A stretch of DNA of 32,000 nucleotides. It comes from an uncultured archaeon. Lineage in GTDB: Archaea > Asgardarchaeota > Jordiarchaeia > Jordiarchaeales > Jordiarchaeaceae. Position 1 is the first letter of the stretch. Each line of letters begins with the position of its first letter. This document shows positions 9,569 to 17,749 of this stretch, in pieces. A program made the position numbers and the translations under genes. The DNA is taken from assembly GCA_964510585.1 (NCBI GenBank), contig CAZECW010000090.1, positions 1 to 32,000 of the forward strand, given 5' to 3'. Below the pieces are notes generated by a model that ran no database searches, was not told where the DNA came from, and saw nothing but the letters and a program-made list of their open reading frames with translations.

Positions 9569-9586
9569 TATTATAAACTTTTGTCC
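9569..9586 (-). promoter_or_regulatory. BRE/TATA promoter of the corrinoid protein-methyltransferase pair
   Basis: The minus strand reads GGACAAAAGTTTATAATA about 65 nt upstream of ATG 9505, so this pair has its own promoter, separate from the sulfatase-like gene. Confidence 0.55.
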
Positions 9587-9638
9587 AATAAATAGTATGA
9601 ATCATAAAAACCAAAAAATAAATAATTTTTTAGAAGCT

Positions 9639-11036
9639 TTACAGAAGCCCCTCCATTTTGTACCATTCCTCAGCTGCTTTGGACATAACTTCCCTGTGGT
9701 CTATTAGTTCCCCGCCTGCGTCTTGGAGAATCCTTTGAAACATTATGTCTGCTATGTCGCGGTTTTCCTCTACAATGTTCTGGGTCTGGTTTGGATCCTT
9801 TCTCAAATCGTAGAGGTATTCTCTGCTCCTAGAATAATTCGCTATATACACCCATTCTTTGTCTCTTGTCCAGACATAACCGTTGAAGCCAGAGGTTGCG
9901 TAGCTTCGCGCCTTCCGCTCTCCGTCTATTAGAGTCCAGAGCTCTTCTCCGTCTAATGGTGTGGGAGGTTCTATTCCGAGGTATGTTAAAATGGTGGGTA
10001 CTATGTCGTGATTGTATACGAAGCCTGAAACGCGTTTACCACCTTTAAATCCTTGGGGGTGCCGAATGAAAAGCGGTATATCTACTAATTCGGGATAGAG
10101 GCCTCTGGGAATCTTACCTATTAAGTTATGCTCACCCAACTGGTGCCCATGGTCAGATGTCAGCACCACTAGTGATTTATCCAGCAGTTCCAGCTCCCTC
10201 ATTTTTTCTAAAAATTTCCCAAGCCAAGAATCAACCATTGTGACTTCGGCTGCATAGAGTGCCTTCATGTATCTCAACTCTTCGGGTGTGAGATAATCAA
10301 CACTCGTTGAGTAGTTGGGTGTGATGACTTCTCTACCAGTGTAGGGTGGATGGTAAAGGTCTCGGTATTTTTGGGGCGGATCCCAGGGCTCGTGGGGGTC
10401 AAATGAATCAATAAAGAGGAAAAATTTCTCAACATCTTTGTTTTCTTCTATCCACTTGGCTGCGGCGCTAAATACTTGGGGCGCGAAGTAGTCCTCCTCT
10501 TTTCGGCGTTCTGAAATGTTTTTGAGATACTGTGGAAGTATTGTCATCATGTGGTCACATTTTCCGCTCTGTGGTATGTAGCGTTCCAATTGTTTGGGGT
10601 CAATTTTGGGTGCAGTTTTGTAAGGGTCTGCTTCCTGGCCTCTTATTAACTGCCACTGATGGTATCCTCGATGAAAATTCATGCTCGGCTTGAAGTAGTG
10701 ATACGTGTCTGTTATGAAGGTGGTGGTGTAACCGTTTCTGCGTAGAATCTCGGCAATGGTGTTTTGCGAGTCTGGAATAGGTTGCCACCCGTAAGCTTGA
10801 ACCATATCTCCCCTGCAGGGATGGTACTCCTTGAAGGGGAAGGTGCGGATTCCCGTATGTATTGATCTTCTGAAGGGAATTGTTGGTAGAGATTCGGGAT
10901 GTGCGTCTTCAAATATGATGCTCTCTCTGGCTAGGGCATCTAGATTAGGTGTCTTTATCCAACTGTTTCCGTATATTCCTATGTGGTCTTTTCTCAGAGT
11001 GTCAAGGAGGATTACTACTACATTCAAGCCCTTCAC
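9639..11036 (-). CDS. Sulfatase-like hydrolase (alkaline phosphatase superfamily) with Thr at the nucleophile position
   Basis: 465 aa. NVVVILLDTLR.DH, TPNLDALA, PTIPFRRSIHTG (TxPxR in place of C/SxPxR), DPHEPWDPP, YAAEVTMVD, TSDHG..LGEH..IGK, LYDL..DP..T.N. Confidence 0.85.
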   Translation of the reverse strand: MKGLNVVVILLDTLRKDHIGIYGNSWIKTPNLDALARESIIFEDAHPESLPTIPFRRSIHTGIRTFPFKEYHPCRGDMVQAYGWQPIPDSQNTIAEILRRNGYTTTFITDTYHYFKPSMNFHRGYHQWQLIRGQEADPYKTAPKIDPKQLERYIPQSGKCDHMMTILPQYLKNISERRKEEDYFAPQVFSAAAKWIEENKDVEKFFLFIDSFDPHEPWDPPQKYRDLYHPPYTGREVITPNYSTSVDYLTPEELRYMKALYAAEVTMVDSWLGKFLEKMRELELLDKSLVVLTSDHGHQLGEHNLIGKIPRGLYPELVDIPLFIRHPQGFKGGKRVSGFVYNHDIVPTILTYLGIEPPTPLDGEELWTLIDGERKARSYATSGFNGYVWTRDKEWVYIANYSRSREYLYDLRKDPNQTQNIVEENRDIADIMFQRILQDAGGELIDHREVMSKAAEEWYKMEGLL

Positions 11037-11178
11037 ACCAGCTTTTATAACTGGGAAAACAATTGGTTCTATCCAAATTCCAATGATTAAACTAAGCCGC
11101 TAATTTCCGGAGCAATACTTTAATCTAATCTGTTTAAAAATATATTTTCATTAAAAACTAATCTTTCGACTCGAAAAG

Positions 11179-11817
11179 GTGATAATTATGACTGCTCAGC
11201 TCGTTGAAGCTATGGCTAACCTAGAGAGGAGCGCTGTACTGGATAATGTGGAAAAGGAAATTAAGAAGGGCACAGACCCCCTAAAAATAATAGAAAGCCT
11301 CTCTCAAGGATTAAAAATTGTGGGTGACCTTTACGATAAAAAGGAATATTTTCTAGCGGAGCTTATAACCGCCGGAGACATTTTTCAAAATGCTTTTCAA
11401 AAAATAAAACCCGTACTGGAGAAAAGGGGCCTTAAAACCCAAGTCCAAGGAAAAATAGTCATAGGAACAGTGCGCGGAGACCTACACGACATTGGAAAAA
11501 ACATCGTCATCACCATGCTTGTTTCATCTGGATTCTTCGTGGAAGACCTAGGAGTCGATGTACCTGCCGAAAAATTCATAGAAGCAGTAAAGAGAATAGA
11601 CGCAAAAATTCTGGCCATGTCAGCCCTCCTCACAGTGGCACTAGACGCCGCAAAAGAAACAATTAAACTGCTAGAAAAAGAAAACCTCAGAAACAAAGTA
11701 AAAGTCATCTGCGGAGGCGCCGCTTTCGACGAAAACACCGCCAAAAGAATCGGCGCCGACGCCTACGGAAAAGATCCCCTGGACGCAGTAAAAATCTGCC
11801 AAAAACTCCTCCAGTAA
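11179..11817 (+). CDS. Methyltransferase corrinoid (B12-binding) protein 2
   Basis: 212 aa. GLKIVGDLY...EYFLAEL; GTVRGDLHDIGKNIV; DLGVDVP; MSALL; ICGGAA; IGADAYG. GGTGA RBS; divergent from the sulfatase-like gene. Confidence 0.92.
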   Translation: MIIMTAQLVEAMANLERSAVLDNVEKEIKKGTDPLKIIESLSQGLKIVGDLYDKKEYFLAELITAGDIFQNAFQKIKPVLEKRGLKTQVQGKIVIGTVRGDLHDIGKNIVITMLVSSGFFVEDLGVDVPAEKFIEAVKRIDAKILAMSALLTVALDAAKETIKLLEKENLRNKVKVICGGAAFDENTAKRIGADAYGKDPLDAVKICQKLLQ

Positions 11818-11862
11818 ATAGCTACCTTCCGCCACAAATACCCTTTTTTTAATATTTCCTTT

Positions 11863-11990
11863 ATGATGCCTCCAGTAAAAAATATAGATCCACTGATACT
11901 GGCATCATTATTTTTTCTTTAAAAATTCATTCATCACTAAAATATGCTTCAAATAAAAGAGGGGCGGCAATAAAGAATTAGCCGCTTCTC
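11863..11990. terminator. Two hairpins between convergent genes, possible terminators
   Basis: ATGATGCC(TC)CAGTA at 11863-11877 pairs with TACTGGCATCAT at 11897-11908. GAGGGGCGGC at 11959-11968 pairs with GCCGCTTCTC at 11981-11990 using G-U pairs. T-runs lie nearby. Confidence 0.35.
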
Positions 11991-11998
11991 CATCGGAC

Positions 11999-13168
11999 CT
12001 AAAATCCTCTCATAATAGGTTCATATTCCTTGAAAAGATACCGGGATATAACGTAGCGCTGAATCTGAGATGTGCCCTCATAGATTTGGAAAAGCTTGGC
12101 ATCCCTAAACAGTTTAGCAATACGGTAATTCTCCAAATAACCACGGCCACCGTAGACCTGTAGGGCGTCAGTGGCAATCTTCATAGAGTCCTCAGAGCCG
12201 ACAAGCTTGGCTACACTGGCTGCTGTGTTGGCCTCTCGGTCTCCCCTGTCCACGAGCCAAGCAGCCTTCCAAGTCAGTAGGCGCATAGCTTCTATACGAG
12301 CATACATATCCGCCACCATTTGCTGAATTGCCTGAAAACTTGAGATCTTGTGCTCAAAAGCTTCCCTCTGCTTAGCGTAGTTGATAGCATACTCCATGGC
12401 GGAACGAGCCAAGCCCGTTGCAAAGGCACCAATAGCTGGACGGGTACGCATAAATGTGGCCATAGCCAGCAGGAAACCAACACCCTCCTCACCCAGCCGG
12501 TTTTCAACAGGAACGCGAACATTTCTAAGAATTACCGCTGCAGTGTCAGATGCTCGATGCCCCAGTTTCTCAAGAGGTTTACCAGTAGACAATCCCTCAC
12601 TCTCACGCGGAACAACAAAGGCACTTAAACCTTCATGGCGCTTTGTGCCCTTAAGCCGAGCAAAAATCACATAGTAACTGGCAAAATCACCGTTAGTTAT
12701 CCAAAACTTGTTCCCATTCAAAACGTACTCGTCACCCTGACGCTCATAGGTGGCTTTAATACCTGCCACATCACTCCCCATTCCTGGTTCTGAAGTTGCG
12801 AAGGATATGAATTTGAGTTCCTTCGTGAGTGGCGTTAAAAATTTCCGCTTCTGTTCTTCTGTGCCGGCAAGAATTATAGGTTCCGCTCCCAAATCGTTGG
12901 CGTACATTGAGGTTGCTATTCCCGGGTCGGCTGCCGCAATCTCTTCAACTACAAGCACCGACTCAAAGGATCCATAGCCCTGTCCACCGTACTGTTTGGG
13001 TATTCCCAAATTCATAAGGCCGGCTTTGAAGGCCTTTTCATAAATGGGTAGTGGAAATTCCCCACTTTTATCATATTTTGATGATACTGGAATTATTTCT
13101 TCCAATGCGAATTTGCGTGCCTTTTCGCGCAGAGCAATCTGCTCCTTAGATAGCTCAAAATCTACCAT
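11999..13168 (-). CDS. Acyl-CoA dehydrogenase
   Basis: 389 aa. FELSKEQ; FATSEPGMGSD; LNGNKFWITNG; KLGHRAS; QREAF..KI..FQAIQ; GGRGY....; RDAKLFQIYEGTSQIQR (catalytic Glu in YEG). GGAGG RBS. Confidence 0.95.
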   Translation of the reverse strand: MVDFELSKEQIALREKARKFALEEIIPVSSKYDKSGEFPLPIYEKAFKAGLMNLGIPKQYGGQGYGSFESVLVVEEIAAADPGIATSMYANDLGAEPIILAGTEEQKRKFLTPLTKELKFISFATSEPGMGSDVAGIKATYERQGDEYVLNGNKFWITNGDFASYYVIFARLKGTKRHEGLSAFVVPRESEGLSTGKPLEKLGHRASDTAAVILRNVRVPVENRLGEEGVGFLLAMATFMRTRPAIGAFATGLARSAMEYAINYAKQREAFEHKISSFQAIQQMVADMYARIEAMRLLTWKAAWLVDRGDREANTAASVAKLVGSEDSMKIATDALQVYGGRGYLENYRIAKLFRDAKLFQIYEGTSQIQRYVISRYLFKEYEPIMRGF

Positions 13169-13271
13169 AAATATCCAGCCTCCAAAAATTCATTTAGCCC
13201 TCCAATTCCAAGATTTGCTCCCCAATAAGCTTCTTTTAGTGTTGGAATCTGAAGGTTTATGTCTGAAACCA

Positions 13272-13541
13272 TCACTGCCCAACAATATTAAAGTTTTCCT
13301 CGGCATCTGCCTGTTTTAGGGTCAATGCCCCGCTTTTGCAATTCATCACACAATAAAAACAGTCAATTCGAGTCTTGCACCTTGAAATATCCACTTTAAA
13401 TCTCGGATCAATGTCTATAATTGCACCCAAAGGACATGCATTCATACAGGTTTTGCAATGTTGGCACTTTTCTGGACGGGCTAAAACAGGATAATTAAAT
13501 TTCAAGAGCACCGCCTTAGGTTGTTCACAGTAATGGAACAA
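13272..13541 (-). CDS. 2x[4Fe-4S] ferredoxin
   Basis: CQHCKTCMNACP and CKTRIDCFYCVMNC motifs. The true start may be GTG 13511 or TTG 13505. Confidence 0.8.
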   Translation of the reverse strand: MFHYCEQPKAVLLKFNYPVLARPEKCQHCKTCMNACPLGAIIDIDPRFKVDISRCKTRIDCFYCVMNCKSGALTLKQADAEENFNIVGQ

Positions 13542-13660
13542 TAATACACAACTTTTATATTTTTCCTACCTTTCCCTAACAAAATAATTCTTGCACCACC
13601 TGAAAAATAGAGTTACCGATAAGCCATTTTTCCATAAAAAAGGGGAAACTTCCCATTTAC

Positions 13661-13841
13661 CCCACTTTCCGCACCTTTGGTTTATTTTTTTCTATTTTTG
13701 CGGAATTTGCAAGTCTATAGGGGGGATGCTGAACTTTATCAAAAAATTTTTGGAAATCCCCAAATCCCCGCAATAAAAAGGAGCAGAAACTGGTAAAAAC
13801 AAAAAAATACCAAAAAATTCACAAAGGATGCGGAATGTGGG
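13661..13841. repeat. Imperfect inverted repeat with an inner pair of related TGCGG motifs
   Basis: CCCACTTTCCGCACCTTTG (13661-13679) versus the reverse complement of CAAAGGATGCGGAATGTGGG (13822-13841), which is CCCACATTCCGCATCCTTTG. Inner pair: TTTTGCGGAATTTG (~13696-13709) and CAAATCCCCGCAA (13761-13773). Confidence 0.6.
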
Positions 13842-13928
13842 ATTTACTATTTTTGAAAAATTTTTCGCGAACCCTTTTGAAAAAAGGCTATACGGCTAAA
13901 TTGTTAAACTCGATGATAAACATTGTTT

Positions 13929-14144
13929 TTAGTAGGTGTTCTCAACTTTTCTTATTCTTAGAATCCTTTTAATTTCCATCATTGAATTATATAATTCATT
14001 TAGTAATAGTAGGTCCCTTACTTCTTTCTCCTCTTTTTCCCGGAGGTAGGCTTCGTAAACGTTTTCTAATTCTTTGCAGAAATCTAAGAGATCCTCATCC
14101 GAAATTTTTTCCTCGCTTTTGTAAATCAGTTTTTCCTTCTCCAC
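13929..14144 (-). CDS. Small acidic, helical hypothetical protein
   Basis: 71 aa, E/K/L-rich. A strong GGGGTGA RBS lies 5 nt before the GTG start. No motif recognised. Confidence 0.55.
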   Translation of the reverse strand: MEKEKLIYKSEEKISDEDLLDFCKELENVYEAYLREKEEKEVRDLLLLNELYNSMMEIKRILRIRKVENTY

Positions 14145-14541
14145 TTTTTCACCCCGAGAAAATTACGTGTTAACTGTTTTTGAAATATTATGGGATAGGT
14201 GTTACTTTCTTCTTTTTGTGAACTTTTTGTACCGGATATTCTTGGTAATTTGAAATTATGAATTAGGGCTATTTAGGGTGTGTAAAACGTGGATAATACT
14301 TGAAAATTATTTTTGGAACTGATAAAGGCAAGTCTCTGACTGACCTCTTCTTAAAAAGCTGTTAGAAAAGTAATGTGAGATGGGTTTTTGGTAAAAGTTG
14401 TTAACTTCTTTATTAGTTCATCGATTGGGAAATCAAGGAAATCCATAGTACGGTGAAGTTTTCCAAAGTAGCGTCCTAGTAAACTTGATGTGCATGATAT
14501 GCTAGATTTAAAATAGTCTAAAAAAATTGGATAAGAGATTT

Positions 14542-15051
14542 TTAACTCATTAATAGTTTATTAATGCTTTTCTGGAGGTTAATGTTGATTTTTGAAAGGT
14601 AGCCTTTTCTTATCTCGAATTTTTCTAAGACGTTCCCCCCTAAATTGCTATTTTTTGTGTGATTGTATTCCTCAACGAGTTCATCTACGGTTTTTTCGAA
14701 GTCCAAAAATTTTGAGGGGTCAACTTCATCATTAGTCACCGCTCCGAATTTATACACAAATTTTTCAGCTAATTTTCGCAATAATTCTTTTACTGGTGTG
14801 TCGTCGGTGTTTTTTTCACATTTCGTTATTACTACAAAAATTATCTCGCCTAATGGATGGTAAAATAGCTTCAGGAGTTTTGTTTCCATCTTCACTATTT
14901 GGTCTTCGCAGAATTCTCTGAAAAAATTAAAAATCGCGGAAATGAATCCTCCAATTAAGACTTCATCTGGTGTATGCTCTCCGCTATCATATGCTCTGTG
15001 AAAGAGAGCGTAGCCGGTTTCCTTTATGACGTAAACCGCTTTGATGTTCAA
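14542..15051 (-). CDS. Longin-like domain protein (Asgard eukaryotic-signature type)
   Basis: IKAVYVIKETGYALFHRAY, DEVLIGGFISAIFNFFREF, IVKMET..LKLFY, IIFVVIT, and ELLRKLAEKFVYKF...F..FEKTVDEL follow the beta-beta-alpha-beta-beta-beta-alpha-alpha longin pattern. TTG start with GGGAG RBS. Confidence 0.72.
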   Translation of the reverse strand: MNIKAVYVIKETGYALFHRAYDSGEHTPDEVLIGGFISAIFNFFREFCEDQIVKMETKLLKLFYHPLGEIIFVVITKCEKNTDDTPVKELLRKLAEKFVYKFGAVTNDEVDPSKFLDFEKTVDELVEEYNHTKNSNLGGNVLEKFEIRKGYLSKININLQKSINKLLMS

Positions 15052-15389
15052 ACGTTTCAGCTCCCAAAGATTTTTTCTCTGGACATGGTTATGTTTAGTT
15101 ATTTGGTCTGTGTTTCAAGTTTCCATTTCACAACAATCATGAGATTGCTTTTTTTTGAGTCTTCCACCATGTGTCTCTGTTTTAGTTGGTTCCATACTTT
15201 TTTCCCTATTAACTATAAAAACCCCTCCCAAAAAGGTAACAAGTCCTTATATTAGCCAAGATTACTGAATACAGGGAAGCCCTAAACTCATAATCATCGT
15301 GTTATACGTTTAACTGCTAAATAGATGACAAAATTTATGAACTATGTCTTATTCGTGGAATTGGAGACAATTATGGAAGTAGAAAAACT

Positions 15390-15863
15390 ATGCCTGCTAT
15401 GAATGCTTTTCAAATATACAAGCTTTTACCGCAAACAAATTGCGGTAAGTGTGGAGAAGCAAATTGTATGGCTTTCGCTGTTCAGTTGCTTAGTGGTAAA
15501 AAAAAGCTTGAGGCTTGCACGCCACTCTTTCAGGAACCGAAGTATGCGGATAAATTAAAGCAGCTTCAAGAAATATTCACCGTAACCGACGAGGTTAAGG
15601 AAACAGGACTGGTATTCCATGAGGACAAATGTACTGGTTGTGGAAATTGTGTCATGGTATGTCCTGAAGACGTTGCTGCTTCCCCACTTATTGCGGGTGG
15701 TAAGGGCTCCCGTGCTGATGGGGTGGTGTTTCGTGTGGAGAATGGGAAGGCTAAAATAATTGATTTAACTAAGTGTAGGAGGATGGGTACTCAGAAGACT
15801 TGTCGTGTCTGTGAAATGTATTGTGGTGCGGGTGCCATTGAGATTCGTTCGGTTGGTGGTTAA
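15390..15863 (+). CDS. fwdG: Formylmethanofuran dehydrogenase Fe-S subunit FwdG-like
   Basis: N-terminal IYKLLPQTNCGKCGEANCMAFA...C Fe-S domain, plus CTGCGNCVMVCP and C...CRVCEMYC ferredoxin motifs. Ends 3 nt before fwdB. Confidence 0.75.
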   Translation: MPAMNAFQIYKLLPQTNCGKCGEANCMAFAVQLLSGKKKLEACTPLFQEPKYADKLKQLQEIFTVTDEVKETGLVFHEDKCTGCGNCVMVCPEDVAASPLIAGGKGSRADGVVFRVENGKAKIIDLTKCRRMGTQKTCRVCEMYCGAGAIEIRSVGG

Positions 15864-15866
15864 TCT

Positions 15867-17171
15867 ATGGCAAATTTTGTTCCAACTGTGTGTGTGGGGT
15901 GTGGTCTTCTCTGTGATGACATTGAAGTTAAGGTTGAGGGGGGCAAAATTGTTTCCACACTTCATACCTGTGCCCGGGGAGAGTGGACTCTGCGTAGAGC
16001 CCATAGCAATTCTCGTTTAACTTCACCACTAATTAAAAAGAATGGAAAATTGGTGAAGGTCTCTTTTGAGGATGCTTTGAGCCGTGCGGCTGAGATTCTT
16101 TCGGAGGCGGAGCGTCCACTCTTGTGGGGTTGGAGTTCTGCAAGTGTCGAGGCTCAGCGTTTGGGGATTCTTTTGGCCCAGCGTTTGGGTGGAGTTATTG
16201 ACAGCACTTCTTCCATATGTCACGGTTCTAGTATCTTGGCGGGGAGGGAAGCTGGTTTTAGAACTGCTACCTTGGGGGAAGTTAAAAATCGTGCGGACTT
16301 AATAGTTTACTGGGGTAGTGATCCTAGTCACAGTCATCCCCGTCACCTGAGTAGGTATACCATAATTCCGCGTGGAATCTATACTCAGATGGGTTACGAG
16401 CAGAAACAGCTGGTTATAGTTGATGTGCGTAAGTCTCGTACCGGTAAGGTAGCTAACCAGATTCTTGAGGTGGAGCCCAATAAGGACTATGAACTTATTT
16501 CTGCGATGAGAATGGTTCTCAAGGGTAAAAATATTAGGGACAAAGAAGTTGCCGGGATTCCAGTTAAGGTCATAAATCAGGTAATTCAGACTTGGAAAAC
16601 TCGGCAGTTCGGGGTTATTTTTGTGGGGTTAGGGCTCTCTATGAGTAGGGGTAAGTATCGCAACATAGAAGTTTTATACAAATTGGTTCAGGAACTAAAT
16701 GATTACACTCGTTTTGTAGCGATTCCCATGGCTGGACATTATAATATGGTTGGATTTAACCATGTGGCTACGTGGCTTACTGGTCACCCGTTCGGAATTG
16801 ACGCCAGTAGGGGAAACATATACTCAAATCCAGGGGAGACTACTGGAGCTGAAATTATTATGCGGGATGAATTCGACGCTATGTTGGTTTTAGCCTCCGA
16901 CCCTATCTCTACGATGCCCTTACCTATAGCGCGAAAAATTACTAGAAAACCCTTGGTGGTGGTTGATTGTTTAGAAACTCCCACAACCAAGATTGCAGAC
17001 GTTGTTCTACCCGCCGCAATGACTGGCATAGAGGTTGAGGGAACCGCCTACAGGATTGATTCGGTGCCAATAAGGCTTAAGAAGTTCTTGGAGCCCCCCA
17101 GGGACTGTAAATCTGACGAGGAGATTCTGTCTCTTCTGATTTCAAAAATTGAAAAACTGGGTAAAAAATAG
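15867..17171 (+). CDS. fwdB: Formylmethanofuran dehydrogenase subunit B (Mo/W-bis-pterin catalytic subunit)
   Basis: CVGCGLLCDDI...C; SSICHG (Cys metal ligand, not Sec); TLGEVKNRADLIVYWGSDP..SHPRHLSRY; PMAGHYN; EGTAYRIDSVP. Confidence 0.92.
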   Translation: MANFVPTVCVGCGLLCDDIEVKVEGGKIVSTLHTCARGEWTLRRAHSNSRLTSPLIKKNGKLVKVSFEDALSRAAEILSEAERPLLWGWSSASVEAQRLGILLAQRLGGVIDSTSSICHGSSILAGREAGFRTATLGEVKNRADLIVYWGSDPSHSHPRHLSRYTIIPRGIYTQMGYEQKQLVIVDVRKSRTGKVANQILEVEPNKDYELISAMRMVLKGKNIRDKEVAGIPVKVINQVIQTWKTRQFGVIFVGLGLSMSRGKYRNIEVLYKLVQELNDYTRFVAIPMAGHYNMVGFNHVATWLTGHPFGIDASRGNIYSNPGETTGAEIIMRDEFDAMLVLASDPISTMPLPIARKITRKPLVVVDCLETPTTKIADVVLPAAMTGIEVEGTAYRIDSVPIRLKKFLEPPRDCKSDEEILSLLISKIEKLGKK

Positions 17172-17214
17172 ATTCTTTTTATGTCAAATTGTAGTTGTGA
17201 ACCTGTTTTTGTTG

Positions 17215-17658
17215 TCATTCGAGCTTTATTTGCATTTTGCAGTGTCCCAATTTGAACTTTTGTGATCCCGCTACTGTTGCCTTTTTGACTTCTTCTACTG
17301 GTTTTACTGCTCCCATAAGTATTCCTGGTAGGAAGCAAACTCCGCGTAGTCCTTCTGATCTGAGTATTTCGTTTGCTGGGCAAACTTTGCATCCTTGGAC
17401 TTCGACGTTCAAAAAGTTGTTTTCTATGTTTACTTTCACCTTTTCTCCAAGTTTAAGGTCGTTTTGGAGATAGTTTTCCAGCTCAGTTTCCAGCTCTTTT
17501 AGGCTTATTTTTTCTTTATTTGTTATTTTAGAACCTAGTTCTCTGCCTAGTTTAACAAATATCTTCTGTGCGTCTTCACCTAGAGCTTTGACTAGTGATA
17601 CGTGGTATTTTTGGAACAAGCTTTCTGGGATTTCTTCAGTCACTTGGCATTCCTCCAA
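17215..17658 (-). CDS. V4R/MetOD1-like small-ligand-binding domain protein
   Basis: Helical N-terminus KLGRELG, then EVQGCKVCP...VCFLPGILMG...GHCKMQI, a four-Cys pattern seen in V4R-related folds. The start may be GTG 17643 (GGAGG upstream). Confidence 0.55.
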   Translation of the reverse strand: MEECQVTEEIPESLFQKYHVSLVKALGEDAQKIFVKLGRELGSKITNKEKISLKELETELENYLQNDLKLGEKVKVNIENNFLNVEVQGCKVCPANEILRSEGLRGVCFLPGILMGAVKPVEEVKKATVAGSQKFKLGHCKMQIKLE

Positions 17659-17749
17659 AGTTGGAAATGAGTATTTTATAATAAGCCTTTCTCAAAGGTT
17701 CATAAGTGGAAATGTTCAGGAAAACCTTTTTTCATGTTGTGTGCTTAGT

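Noticed and set aside
15052-15195. In-frame 48-codon upstream extension of the longin ORF (ATG 15195) interrupted by a single TGA at 15115-15117, suggesting selenocysteine readthrough
   Set aside because: A good GGGAG RBS precedes TTG 15051. The extension is low-complexity and A-rich, so stops are rare by chance. There is no redox motif context and I saw no SECIS-like hairpin.
16210-16230. Selenocysteine-containing FwdB, or pyrrolysine in the methyltransferases
   Set aside because: The metal ligand codon is TGT (Cys) in ICHG. There is no in-frame TAG in either methyltransferase, and they are not MtmB/MtbB/MttB family.
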